From the IMG/VR virus record IMGVR_UViG_2537561979_000007, positions 1-27,323 of that record: 27,323 nucleotides of DNA. One strand, written 5' to 3'. A program made the position numbers and the translations under genes. Positions 8,692 through 16,889 of the stretch are shown here, one piece after another; position 1 is the first letter of the stretch; each line of letters opens with the position of its first letter. This DNA comes from a virus (lineage: Duplodnaviria > Heunggongvirae > Uroviricota > Caudoviricetes). Below the pieces are notes generated by a model. That model was given only the letters and a program-made list of their open reading frames with translations. It searched no databases and was not told the DNA's origin.

Positions 8692-9633
8692 ATGAGCACT
8701 AAATTAACCGGCTATGTATGGGATGGTTGCGCTGCATCAGGCATGAAGTTATCCAGCGTGGCAATTATGGCCCGCCTGGCTGATTTCAGTAATGACGAAG
8801 GTGTGTGCTGGCCATCAATTGAAACCATTGCCCGTCAGATTGGCGCGGGGATGAGTACCGTTAGAACGGCTATCGCACGGCTGGAAGCAGAAGGCTGGTT
8901 AACGCGTAAGGCGCGTCGCCAGGGTAACCGCAATGCGTCGAATGTTTATCAGCTTAACGTTGCGAAGCTTCAGGCAGCGGCATTTTCTCAACTGTCAGAT
9001 TCTGACCCGTCAAAATCTGACGCATCAAAATCTGACCCGTCAAAATTTGATGCGTCGAAATCTGGCAAAAAAGCGGGTTTTCACCCGTCAGAATCTGGCG
9101 GGGATCCGTCAGTAAAATCAAAACATGATCCGTCAGATAAAAAAACTTCTCGTCCGGACGCTTCGCAACCGGACACGCAGACGGCTGAACAGGAGTTTTT
9201 AACTCGCCATCCTGATGCGGTTGTATTCAGCCCTAAAAAGCGCCAGTGGGGAACGCAGGATGATTTGACCTGCGCACAGTGGCTCTGGAAAAAAATCATC
9301 GCCCTGTACGAGCAGGCCGCCGAATGTGACGGCGAGGTGGTTCGTCCCAAAGAACCGAACTGGACAGCCTGGGCAAACGAAATTCGCCTGATGTGTGTGC
9401 AGGATGGTCGTACTCACAAACAAATCTGCGAGATGTACAGCCGCGTCAGCCGCGATCCGTTCTGGTGCCGTAACGTGCTCAGCCCGTCGAAGCTGCGGGA
9501 AAAATGGGATGAGCTTTCCCTGCGCTTATCGCCGTCCGTCAGCACGTACACCGAAAAACGCGAAGACCCGTACTTCAAATCCAGTTACGACAACGTGGAC
9601 TACAGCCAGATCCCGGCAGGATTCAGGGGGTGA
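8692..9633 (+). CDS. Replication initiator (lambda O-like), N-terminal HTH, 313 aa
   Basis: GAGGT SD; HTH-like N-terminus (SSVAIMARLADFSNDEGVCWPSIETIARQIGAGMSTVRTAIARLEAEGWL); iteron-like DNA repeats inside the linker-coding region. Confidence 0.68.
   Translation: MSTKLTGYVWDGCAASGMKLSSVAIMARLADFSNDEGVCWPSIETIARQIGAGMSTVRTAIARLEAEGWLTRKARRQGNRNASNVYQLNVAKLQAAAFSQLSDSDPSKSDASKSDPSKFDASKSGKKAGFHPSESGGDPSVKSKHDPSDKKTSRPDASQPDTQTAEQEFLTRHPDAVVFSPKKRQWGTQDDLTCAQWLWKKIIALYEQAAECDGEVVRPKEPNWTAWANEIRLMCVQDGRTHKQICEMYSRVSRDPFWCRNVLSPSKLREKWDELSLRLSPSVSTYTEKREDPYFKSSYDNVDYSQIPAGFRG
8994..9135. repeat. Iteron-like direct repeats (CCGTCAAAATCTGA variants, about 12-14 bp period) inside the O-like gene; putative origin
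   Basis: At least six tandem, degenerate copies read directly (ccgtcaaaatctgac / gcatcaaaatctgac / ccgtcaaaatttgat / gcgtcgaaatctggc / ccgtcagaatctggc / ccgtcagtaaaatca). Confidence 0.5.
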
Positions 9634-9635
9634 GC

Positions 9636-9965
9636 ATGAGTCTTTTGAATGACGTTCAGAAATTCATTGAAGCCCATCCGGGGTGTACTTCCGGAGACAT
9701 TGCGGATGCTTTTGCAGGTTACTCACGGCAGCGCGTTCTGCAGTCAGCAAGCAAGTTACGTCAGAGTGGGCGTGTGGCTCACCGTTGTGAAGGAGATACA
9801 CGCAGACATTTCCCGCGCCTGACTGAGAGAGCGCAGGAGCCGGAACCACAACCAGTTCGTGAAACCAGACCTGTGCGCAATTTCTATGTCGGCACTAACG
9901 ATCCCCGGGTGATTTTGTGCCTGACTCGCCAGGCGGAAAAACTGGTCAGGGAGATGGCGGCATGA
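9636..9965 (+). CDS. Hypothetical small protein, possibly winged-helix DNA-binding (109 aa)
   Basis: ATG at 9636 after AGGGGG; ATGA overlap with the next gene; no confident family. Confidence 0.5.
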   Translation: MSLLNDVQKFIEAHPGCTSGDIADAFAGYSRQRVLQSASKLRQSGRVAHRCEGDTRRHFPRLTERAQEPEPQPVRETRPVRNFYVGTNDPRVILCLTRQAEKLVREMAA

Positions 9966-10288
9966 CGACGTTAACTCAATGCCAGCAGCAGGTGCTGGAT
10001 ATGCTGATTTCTTACCAGAAAGAACGTGGCTTCCCGCCAACCAATCAGGAGGTGGCAACCATGCTGGGATACCGTTCAGTGAATGCAGCGGTGGAGCATC
10101 TTCGCGCACTGGAGAAAAAAGGCGTCATCACGATAAAGCGTGGCGTGGCCCGGGGGATCACGCTTCATACCGCGGTGAAGGACGACGACAGCGAGGCGGT
10201 CGGGATCATCCGCGCACTGCTTGCCGGTGAGGAGAACGCCAGGTTGCGTGCAGTCCACTGGTTACATGAGAGAGGCCTGAAAGTATGA
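9962..10288 (+). CDS. LexA N-terminal DNA-binding-domain homolog lacking the peptidase domain (108 aa)
   Basis: LTQCQQQVLDMLISYQKERGFPPTNQEVATMLGYRSVNAAVEHLRALEKKGVITIKRGVARGITL aligns by eye with the LexA N-terminal winged helix; no Ser/Lys S24 domain follows. Confidence 0.68.
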   Translation: MTTLTQCQQQVLDMLISYQKERGFPPTNQEVATMLGYRSVNAAVEHLRALEKKGVITIKRGVARGITLHTAVKDDDSEAVGIIRALLAGEENARLRAVHWLHERGLKV

Positions 10289-10674
10289 AGCTAATCCTGC
10301 CTTTCCCGCCCAGCGTGAACACGTACTGGCGACACCCCAACAAAGGGGCATTTTCTGGTAAGAGCCTGATAAGCGCGGCGGGGCGAAAATTTCAGAGCGC
10401 GGCGTGCGCAGCAATAGTTGAGCAGTTACGTCGTCTGCCAAAACCAACGTCGGCACCTGCTTCAGTGGAGATCGTGTTGTTTCCTCCAGATAACCGGATC
10501 CGCGATCTGGACAACTATAACAAGGCGCTGTTTGACGCCCTGACCCACGCGGGTGTGTGGGAAGACGACAGACAGGTGAAAAGAATGCTGGTTGAGTGGG
10601 GACCGGTTATCCCGAAAGGGAAGGTCGAGATCACTATCAGTAAGTATGAGAAACCGGCGGGTGCAGCCGCCTGA
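10285..10674 (+). CDS. rusA: Holliday-junction resolvase RusA (129 aa)
   Basis: RusA signature LPFPPSVNTYWRH ... RDLDNYNKALFDALTHAGVWEDD. Confidence 0.85.
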   Translation: MKLILPFPPSVNTYWRHPNKGAFSGKSLISAAGRKFQSAACAAIVEQLRRLPKPTSAPASVEIVLFPPDNRIRDLDNYNKALFDALTHAGVWEDDRQVKRMLVEWGPVIPKGKVEITISKYEKPAGAAA

Positions 10675-10693
10675 TTAAGAGGAGAAACGAAGT

Positions 10694-11491
10694 ATGAATA
10701 ATCTGATGGTCATTGATGGTATTGAAGTTCGTCGTGATGCTTATGGGCGTTACAGCCTGAACGATCTGCACAGGGCTGCCGGTTCTCTGGATAAGCATAA
10801 GCCTGCATTCTGGCTCCGCAATGAGCAAACTGAACGTTTAATAAGCGAGTTGCAGATTTGCAACTCGGTCAATATAGAGCCAGTTAACGTTATTCGTGGC
10901 GGAAATAACCAGGGGACGTATGTCTGCAAAGAACTGGTGTATGCCTATGCAATGTGGATCAGCCCGTCATTCCATCTGAAGGTGATCCGTATTTTCGATA
11001 TGGTAACCAGCACACCGGAAAAATTATCCGGGCAGGCTGCAGACAAGATGCAGGCTGGCGTGATCCTGCTGGACTTTATGCGCCGGGAATTAAACCTGTC
11101 TAACTCATCAGTGCTTGGAGCCTGTCAGAAGCTTCAGGAGGCTGTTGGCTTACCGAATCTGGCACCGCGCTATGCCATTGATGCTCCTGCTGACGCGCCT
11201 GATGGCTCAAGTCGCCCCACGCTGTCGCTGAGTGCACTGCTGAAACAGTATGGTATCCGCCTGACGGCTAATCAGGCATATCACCAGATGGCGAAGCTGG
11301 GGATCGTTGAACAACGTGAACGATACAGCCGTACCGCGATTAATAACATCAAAAAATTCTGGTCGCTGACGGCGAAAGGCTGCATGTTCGGCAAGAACAT
11401 CACCAGTCCGGCAAATCCGCGCGAGACGCAGCCACACTTCTTCGAATCCCGATTCCCTGAGCTGTTAAAGCTGCTCGATACCGTTCATTGA
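10694..11491 (+). CDS. KilA-N domain protein (265 aa)
   Basis: AGGAG SD; N-terminal KilA-N-like region (DLHRAAGSLDKHKPAFWLRNEQT...GTYVCKELVYAYAMWISPSFHLKVIRIFD). Confidence 0.75.
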   Translation: MNNLMVIDGIEVRRDAYGRYSLNDLHRAAGSLDKHKPAFWLRNEQTERLISELQICNSVNIEPVNVIRGGNNQGTYVCKELVYAYAMWISPSFHLKVIRIFDMVTSTPEKLSGQAADKMQAGVILLDFMRRELNLSNSSVLGACQKLQEAVGLPNLAPRYAIDAPADAPDGSSRPTLSLSALLKQYGIRLTANQAYHQMAKLGIVEQRERYSRTAINNIKKFWSLTAKGCMFGKNITSPANPRETQPHFFESRFPELLKLLDTVH

Positions 11492-11492
11492 G

Positions 11493-12488
11493 GTGACCGT
11501 GAGAGCACTACTGACCCCTGAAATTGCCCCGCGTATGGGGATCGTATTGTTCAGGCCTGGTTCAGAGCTGATGCCCTTGTTTATGCAGGGGCGTGTCCTG
11601 CTGGAGCCTGAGCCGGAACGTTATTCATCTTTCGCCAGTGGTGCCGTTCCGGCGGCATCACAACCACTGGCGGATGATCCTGCCATTCGGGCCGTGTTCC
11701 GCAATGAGGCAGTGATCCGTCGTGCTGGTGGCGTGGAATGTCTTGAAAGCTGGTTACTTCGTGAAAAAGGCTGCCAGTGGCCTCATTCCGACTGGCACAG
11801 CGAGAACATGACCACAATGCGACACGCGCCGGGCGCAATCCGTCTGTGCTGGCACTGCGATAACCAGCTGCGCGATCAGTTCACGGAACGGCTGGAATCA
11901 ATGGCAACGGATAACTGTGCCCGCTGGGTGTTATCTGTTGTGCGCCGTGATCTCGGTTTTGATGATAGTCACGTTGTGACAATGCCGGAACTGTGCTGGT
12001 GGCTGGTTCGTAATGACCTGGCGGATGCCTTACCGGAAAGTGCAGCCCGTAAGGCACTGAGATTACCGAAGCCTGTTGTGCCGTCTGTCACCCGGGAAAG
12101 TGACCTTGTGCCTTCGGTTCCTGCCACCAGCATCATCCAGGATAAGGCGAAAAAGGTGCTGGCGCTGAAAGTGGATCCGGAGTCGCCGGAGTCTTTTATG
12201 TTACGCCCAAAACGTCGCCGCTGGGTTAATGAAAAGTACACGCGCTGGGTTAAGACACAGCCGTGTGCATGTTGTGGAAAGCCCGCTGATGATCCCCACC
12301 ACCTGATAGGTTACGGTCAGGGTGGAATGGGAACAAAAGCGCATGACCTTTTTGTGTTGCCTTTGTGCAGAAAGCATCACGACGAGCTGCATGCGGATAC
12401 CGTGGCATTTGAAGAGAGGTATGGCTCCCAGCTGGAGCTGATATTTCGTTTTATCGATCGTGCGCTGGCAACTGGCGTGCTGGCCTGA
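11493..12488 (+). CDS. DUF968-type phage protein with C-terminal Cys/His HNH-like motif (331 aa)
   Basis: C-terminal CACCGKPADDPHHL...CRKHHDELH; Nin-region position. Start codon uncertain (GTG at 11493 or 11499). Confidence 0.62.
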   Translation: MTVRALLTPEIAPRMGIVLFRPGSELMPLFMQGRVLLEPEPERYSSFASGAVPAASQPLADDPAIRAVFRNEAVIRRAGGVECLESWLLREKGCQWPHSDWHSENMTTMRHAPGAIRLCWHCDNQLRDQFTERLESMATDNCARWVLSVVRRDLGFDDSHVVTMPELCWWLVRNDLADALPESAARKALRLPKPVVPSVTRESDLVPSVPATSIIQDKAKKVLALKVDPESPESFMLRPKRRRWVNEKYTRWVKTQPCACCGKPADDPHHLIGYGQGGMGTKAHDLFVLPLCRKHHDELHADTVAFEERYGSQLELIFRFIDRALATGVLA

Positions 12489-12505
12489 TTTTGTGGAGAA
12501 AGTTG

Positions 12506-12868
12506 ATGCGTGATATTCAAATGGTTCTGGATCGTTGGGGAGCATGGGCGGCGAGTGATAGTTCAGGAGTAGACTATTCTCCTATAGCTGCTGGGTTTAA
12601 AGGGCTTCTTCCCTATACAAGCAAAACACGTCAGGCTTGTTCAGATAGTGATGCATTAATTATTGAAGGTTGTCTTGCTCTTCTTAAAAAGCGAAAACCG
12701 TACGAGCATTCTTTGATTGTGGCCCATTACCTGTATGGCATCTCGAAAAGAAAGCTTGCAAGAGCTCGCAAAAAAGATGAGAAATTGATACGTATAGAGA
12801 TACAGATGGCTGAAGGGTTTATTGATGGATGCCTTTCAATGCTGGATGTTAAACTTGAAATGGAGTAG
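12506..12868 (+). CDS. Late-gene antiterminator Q, short QuuD-like type (120 aa)
   Basis: MRDIQMVLDRWGAWAAS...IAAGFKGLLP matches my recollection of short Q antiterminators; GGAG 8 nt before ATG 12506; position after the Nin block. Confidence 0.72.
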   Translation: MRDIQMVLDRWGAWAASDSSGVDYSPIAAGFKGLLPYTSKTRQACSDSDALIIEGCLALLKKRKPYEHSLIVAHYLYGISKRKLARARKKDEKLIRIEIQMAEGFIDGCLSMLDVKLEME

Positions 12869-12873
12869 AAAAA

Positions 12874-12893
12874 AGGGCATTTCTGCCCTTTTT
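12874..12893. terminator. Bidirectional intrinsic terminator between Q and the convergent cassette
   Basis: AGGGCA-TTTC-TGCCCT hairpin flanked by AAAAA on one side and TTTTT on the other. Confidence 0.5.
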
Positions 12894-13335
12894 AAATGTG
12901 GGGGAGTATCCAGTTTACTTTTCTCCATGTAAAGGCAAAAGTTATTACTGAAATGATAAGAAGAGATAAAGATTCGATAATTAAAATAAATTCTATTTTT
13001 TCTCCATGTAACAATGTCTTTTCATTGGCAAACATTGCTATCAAAGCAATAACGCATGCCGTAATTAAAGATGCACCTGCGGTTAATAGATTTACAATAA
13101 TAACTTGAAGTATGTTGTTGTTTTTTAATGCTTTTATTATTCCATTTGAGTTTTCGCTAGCAGCACTAAAAATTGATATTGTGGCTAAAATAAAACCAAA
13201 TAAAATACCGGATACAGTTGAAATAACCCCGGAGGCTGTAAGTATGTCAGCATGCCCCATCTGAGGGATATACCTCAGTAGGAACAAGGTGCAAAAAACA
13301 CTTACAATCAGGTTTCTTAAGTATTTCAATAACAT
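12892..13335 (-). CDS. Small integral membrane protein, about four predicted TM helices (147 aa); second gene of the AT-rich cassette
   Basis: Four long hydrophobic stretches; AAGAAGG SD; separated by 3 nt from the upstream gene; visibly AT-rich. Confidence 0.62.
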   Translation of the reverse strand: MLLKYLRNLIVSVFCTLFLLRYIPQMGHADILTASGVISTVSGILFGFILATISIFSAASENSNGIIKALKNNNILQVIIVNLLTAGASLITACVIALIAMFANEKTLLHGEKIEFILIIESLSLLIISVITFAFTWRKVNWILPHI

Positions 13336-13338
13336 ATC

Positions 13339-14279
13339 CTATACCTTCTTTTTGCTGATATCGTATTGCTTAAGGTATTCATTGTTATCAATTTTAGCAG
13401 AAATCATGGCTTGCAGAACATCACTATCAGTGCCATAACCATTAACGGTATATATGTTTTTTTCTGAAATGAGTACCTGATCAAGAAGACTTTGTTCAAC
13501 GGTATTTTTGGGCTGTGTTACTGCCGCTTTTTTTACAATTCCCGGCATTTTTTCAAGGAGTTCTTTAATACCATCCTTAACGAGATCTGATAAATAACCT
13601 TTGACTTTTACTCTCCCTGATGCACGTCCCCTTAGATTTAACTTGAGACGTGTTCCACCCAGCCCTACCATCATATTTACCAGTTCCTTAGAAAATGAAC
13701 TATTTAGCTGGTAATTTGTTGCATCAAAGTTCCTGGGAGCAGCCAGGACAATATCACAACTTCTCAAAGTACTTCCTGTTTCAAGTAGCTCTTTGACGCT
13801 CTCTTTTTTCCAGATGGCTTGGAATGAAAAGTTATTTCCAGGATTACCACTCTGGCTGTAAAGCAGATAAGCTAAATCCGATTCTTTCGGCCCAAGATGA
13901 TTTTGAGTTAATATTAAAATATCACTATCGTAATAATATAAAAAATAGGTTCTTTCGACTATGTATTTTTTATCATCTAGTGGTATGTTGTGCTCATTCC
14001 AGTATTCATCACCAATATAAGGAAGGAGATACTCTTCTCGTGAGCATGACATGTAGCCGAAGAAATATTTAGCTTTTGTATCTTTATTTATAAAAGCTAT
14101 TTTTAACTTTTTATTTCTATAGATGGTATCAAAATGATTATTCGTAACGGTTACGCAAGTATTATACAGATTTTCAATTGCTTGCTTAGCAACTGAATGG
14201 CTGCGGATAGTCCCAGAACTGCTGGTGTAAAAACCAATTTTAAGTTTTTTTGTTTCTTTGATTGCGCAATAGTAGCCAT
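13339..14279 (-). CDS. Hypothetical cytoplasmic protein, first gene of the AT-rich cassette; apparent frameshift at an A7 tract near the 5' end (313 aa if the tract were A8)
   Basis: ATG at 14277-14279 with AAGG SD opens an 11-codon frame that runs into an A7 run (plus-strand T7 at 14245-14251); the 237-aa body (track ORF 13339..14052) is open in the adjacent frame all the way up to that run. Confidence 0.5.
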
Positions 14280-14555
14280 GTTAAACCTTAGTATACTAAT
14301 AATTTCTTATGGATCTTTTTTTATATGGCTTTAATTTAGCAAAAAAAATTACCGCGGTCCGCAAATTTTATCTTAATCTGTTAAGAGTGGTTACTTCGCC
14401 ACACAGCTTAAACCCGCCGTCGAGCGGTTTTTTGTACCTGTAAACCTGGTGCAGTACAGTAAACACGCTGGTGGTCGTGAATACTGACTTTTTATCTTGC
14501 TGGCTTTTTAGACAAGAGTTATTGGTATGTCATGTTAACCAGAAGGGAAAAAGAC

Positions 14556-14759
14556 ATGCTAAAACAGCAAGATATGACAGAAACCGCCGCCGCAGTCCTT
14601 CATTTCTTACCTGCTGACAAGTGGGTAACGCCACGCACGATGACGAGAACTACCGGAGTAAGCGAAGCCCGGTGCCAGTTAATACTGACTCAGTTAGTTC
14701 TGGCGGGTCTGGCGAAGGATAACGGCGGGTACGGGAATAAATTCAGACGCTGCCAGTAA
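14556..14759 (+). CDS. Hypothetical small protein (67 aa from ATG 14556; track ORF begins at 14532)
   Basis: ORF upstream of the methyltransferase; GAAGGGA 8 nt before ATG 14556; no family recognised. Confidence 0.4.
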   Translation: MLKQQDMTETAAAVLHFLPADKWVTPRTMTRTTGVSEARCQLILTQLVLAGLAKDNGGYGNKFRRCQ

Positions 14760-14909
14760 TGGCGGTTTCCTGCTGTGAAAATGGGCGGCTGGTGGGTGTT
14801 GGTAGCACCTGCCAGCCATTCGCTCATGCTTACTGGTCACAAGCGAACCACGGCCCACTGCTTTAGCGCAAAAGCAGAGTGAGCCTACCAGAGTTACGCT
14901 TACTGATCC

Positions 14910-15962
14910 ATGAAAAATACTGTAAAAATAAACAGTGTTGATTTAATCAACTCTGATTGCCTGCATTTTATTCAGTCCCTGCCTGATGATTCCATTGACC
15001 TGATAGTTACCGATCCGCCGTACTTCAAAGTGAAGCCCAACGGCTGGGACAATCAGTGGAAAGGGGACGAAGATTACCTTAAGTGGCTGGACCACTGTCT
15101 GGCTCAGTTCTGGCGGGTGCTGAAACCTGCCGGAAGCCTTTACCTGTTCTGTGGACATCGCCTGGCATCTGATATCGAGATCATGATGCGTGAACGTTTC
15201 AACGTGCTTAACCATATCATCTGGGCGAAGCCGTCCGGACGTTGGAATGGGTGTAATAAAGAAAGTCTGCGCGCATATTTTCCTGCCACAGAGCGCGTTC
15301 TGTTTGCTGAACATTACCAGGGGCCATATCGCGGCAAAAGTGACGGCTATGCGGCAAAAGAAAGGGAACTCAAACAGCACATAATGGCACCGCTGATATC
15401 GTATTTCAGGGATGCTCGTGCCGAACTGGGTATAACGGCAAAACAAATTGCCGAAGCCACAGGTAAGAAAAATATGGTTTCCCACTGGTTTGGTGCCAGT
15501 CAGTGGCAGTTGCCGAATGAGGCTGACTATCGGAAGTTACAGGCACTGTTTTCTCGTATAGCGGCAGAGAAGTTTCAGGAACAACAACTGGAACAACCAC
15601 ACCACCAGCTGGTGGCATCTTATGATTCACTGAATCGCAAATATTCTGAATTGCTGGATGAGTTTAAATCTCTCCGGCGCTATTTCTCCGTATCAGTCTC
15701 CGTGCCTTATACCGATGTCTGGACGCATAAGCCCGTTCAGTTCTACCCGGGTAAACATCCGTGCGAGAAACCGGCGGATATGCTCCGGCAAATAATCAAT
15801 GCCAGTAGTCGACCTGGTGATCTGGTTGCTGATTTCTTTATGGGATCCGGTTCCACAATAAAAGCAGCAATGGCGCTGGGGCGTCGGGCGTTAGGTGTTG
15901 AACTTGAGTCAGAGCGGTTTAATCAGACGGTGAAAGAGGTAAGTGAACTGGTGGGGAAATAA
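14910..15962 (+). CDS. Orphan DNA methyltransferase, beta-class (DPPY motif IV before FxGxG motif I), probably N6-adenine (350 aa)
   Basis: DLIVTDPPY near the N-terminus and DFFMGSGST near the C-terminus; no adjacent restriction-endonuclease gene. Confidence 0.85.
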   Translation: MKNTVKINSVDLINSDCLHFIQSLPDDSIDLIVTDPPYFKVKPNGWDNQWKGDEDYLKWLDHCLAQFWRVLKPAGSLYLFCGHRLASDIEIMMRERFNVLNHIIWAKPSGRWNGCNKESLRAYFPATERVLFAEHYQGPYRGKSDGYAAKERELKQHIMAPLISYFRDARAELGITAKQIAEATGKKNMVSHWFGASQWQLPNEADYRKLQALFSRIAAEKFQEQQLEQPHHQLVASYDSLNRKYSELLDEFKSLRRYFSVSVSVPYTDVWTHKPVQFYPGKHPCEKPADMLRQIINASSRPGDLVADFFMGSGSTIKAAMALGRRALGVELESERFNQTVKEVSELVGK

Positions 15963-15969
15963 TTCTGGT

Positions 15970-15991
15970 GGCCACGTTGCGTGGCCTTTTT
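15970..15991 (+). terminator. Intrinsic terminator between the methyltransferase and holin (tR'-like position)
   Basis: Perfect 7-bp stem GGCCACG-TTG-CGTGGCC followed by TTTTT. Confidence 0.55.
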
Positions 15992-16038
15992 ATTTCCAAC
16001 ACAGCACCCGCAAATATCGCGAGGTGAGAGATGACGAA

Positions 16039-16374
16039 ATGCCTCATAACCCAAATACCTGGCCGGACTGGCTGGAGTTGTTTCAGAGCTGGTGGCGTGG
16101 AGACACACCGCTGGGCGCAGTGATTATGTCGATCGTTATGGCTGGCTTGCGCATTGCCTATTTTGGCGGTGGTGGTGGCTGGAAGCGAAAAACGCTCGAG
16201 ATTTTGCTCTGTGGTGCTCTGACGCTGACTTTTGCATCCGCTCTTGAGTATGTCGGATGGCCTAAATCACTATCTGTTGCCATTGGTGGTGGGGTGGGGC
16301 TGATCGGTGTTGATGCTATTCGTGGGGCTGCAATGAGAGTAATCGGTAACAAGTTTGGTGGCTCTAAGGAGTAA
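16039..16374 (+). CDS. Holin, lambda S-like (111 aa, three hydrophobic segments)
   Basis: In-frame ATG at 16039 after GAGGTGAG; three TM-like segments; directly upstream of the endolysin; the track ORF start at 15943 would span the terminator. Confidence 0.68.
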   Translation: MPHNPNTWPDWLELFQSWWRGDTPLGAVIMSIVMAGLRIAYFGGGGGWKRKTLEILLCGALTLTFASALEYVGWPKSLSVAIGGGVGLIGVDAIRGAAMRVIGNKFGGSKE

Positions 16375-16377
16375 TTT

Positions 16378-16854
16378 ATGCAGGTACTAAATTCCCAGCG
16401 TAAAGCTTTCCTCGATATGGTGGCATGGTCAGAAGGAACGGATAACGGGCGACAACCGACACGTAACCACGGTTATGATGTTATTGTCGGTGGAGAACTC
16501 TTCACTGATTACTCCGATCACCCTCGCAAACTTGTCAAGCTAAACTCCAAACTCAAATCAACAGCCGCCGGACGTTACCAGCTTCTTTCCCGTTGGTGGG
16601 ATGCTTACCGTAAACAGCTTGGTTTGAAAGACTTCTCCCCCAAAAGCCAGGACGCAGTGGCATTGCAGCAGATTAAAGAGCGTGGCGCTTTACCTATGAT
16701 TGATCGCGGTGATATCCGTCAGGCTATCGATCGTTGCAGCAATATCTGGGCTTCATTGCCGGGCGCTGGTTATGGTCAGTTCGAGCATAAGGCTGACAGC
16801 CTGATTGCAAAATTCAAAGAAGTTGGCGGAACGGTCAGAGAGATTGAAGTATGA
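16378..16854 (+). CDS. R: Endolysin, lambda R-type lytic transglycosylase (158 aa)
   Basis: Near-identical by recollection to lambda R (QRKAFLDMVAWSEGTDNGRQ...GYDVIVGGELFTDYSDHPRKLV...). Confidence 0.9.
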   Translation: MQVLNSQRKAFLDMVAWSEGTDNGRQPTRNHGYDVIVGGELFTDYSDHPRKLVKLNSKLKSTAAGRYQLLSRWWDAYRKQLGLKDFSPKSQDAVALQQIKERGALPMIDRGDIRQAIDRCSNIWASLPGAGYGQFEHKADSLIAKFKEVGGTVREIEV

Positions 16855-16889
16855 GCAGAGTCACCGCGATTATCTTCAGACCCATACTG

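Noticed and set aside
8994-9135. Short tandem repeats considered as a possible CRISPR array
   Set aside because: Repeats are 12-14 bp, degenerate, contiguous without spacers and lie inside a coding linker; the pattern fits replication-origin iterons, not CRISPR.
15943-16038. Extended holin start at 15943 as given by the ORF track
   Set aside because: This extension would overlap the methyltransferase 3' end and span a strong intrinsic terminator (15970-15991); the in-frame ATG at 16039 with an SD is preferred.
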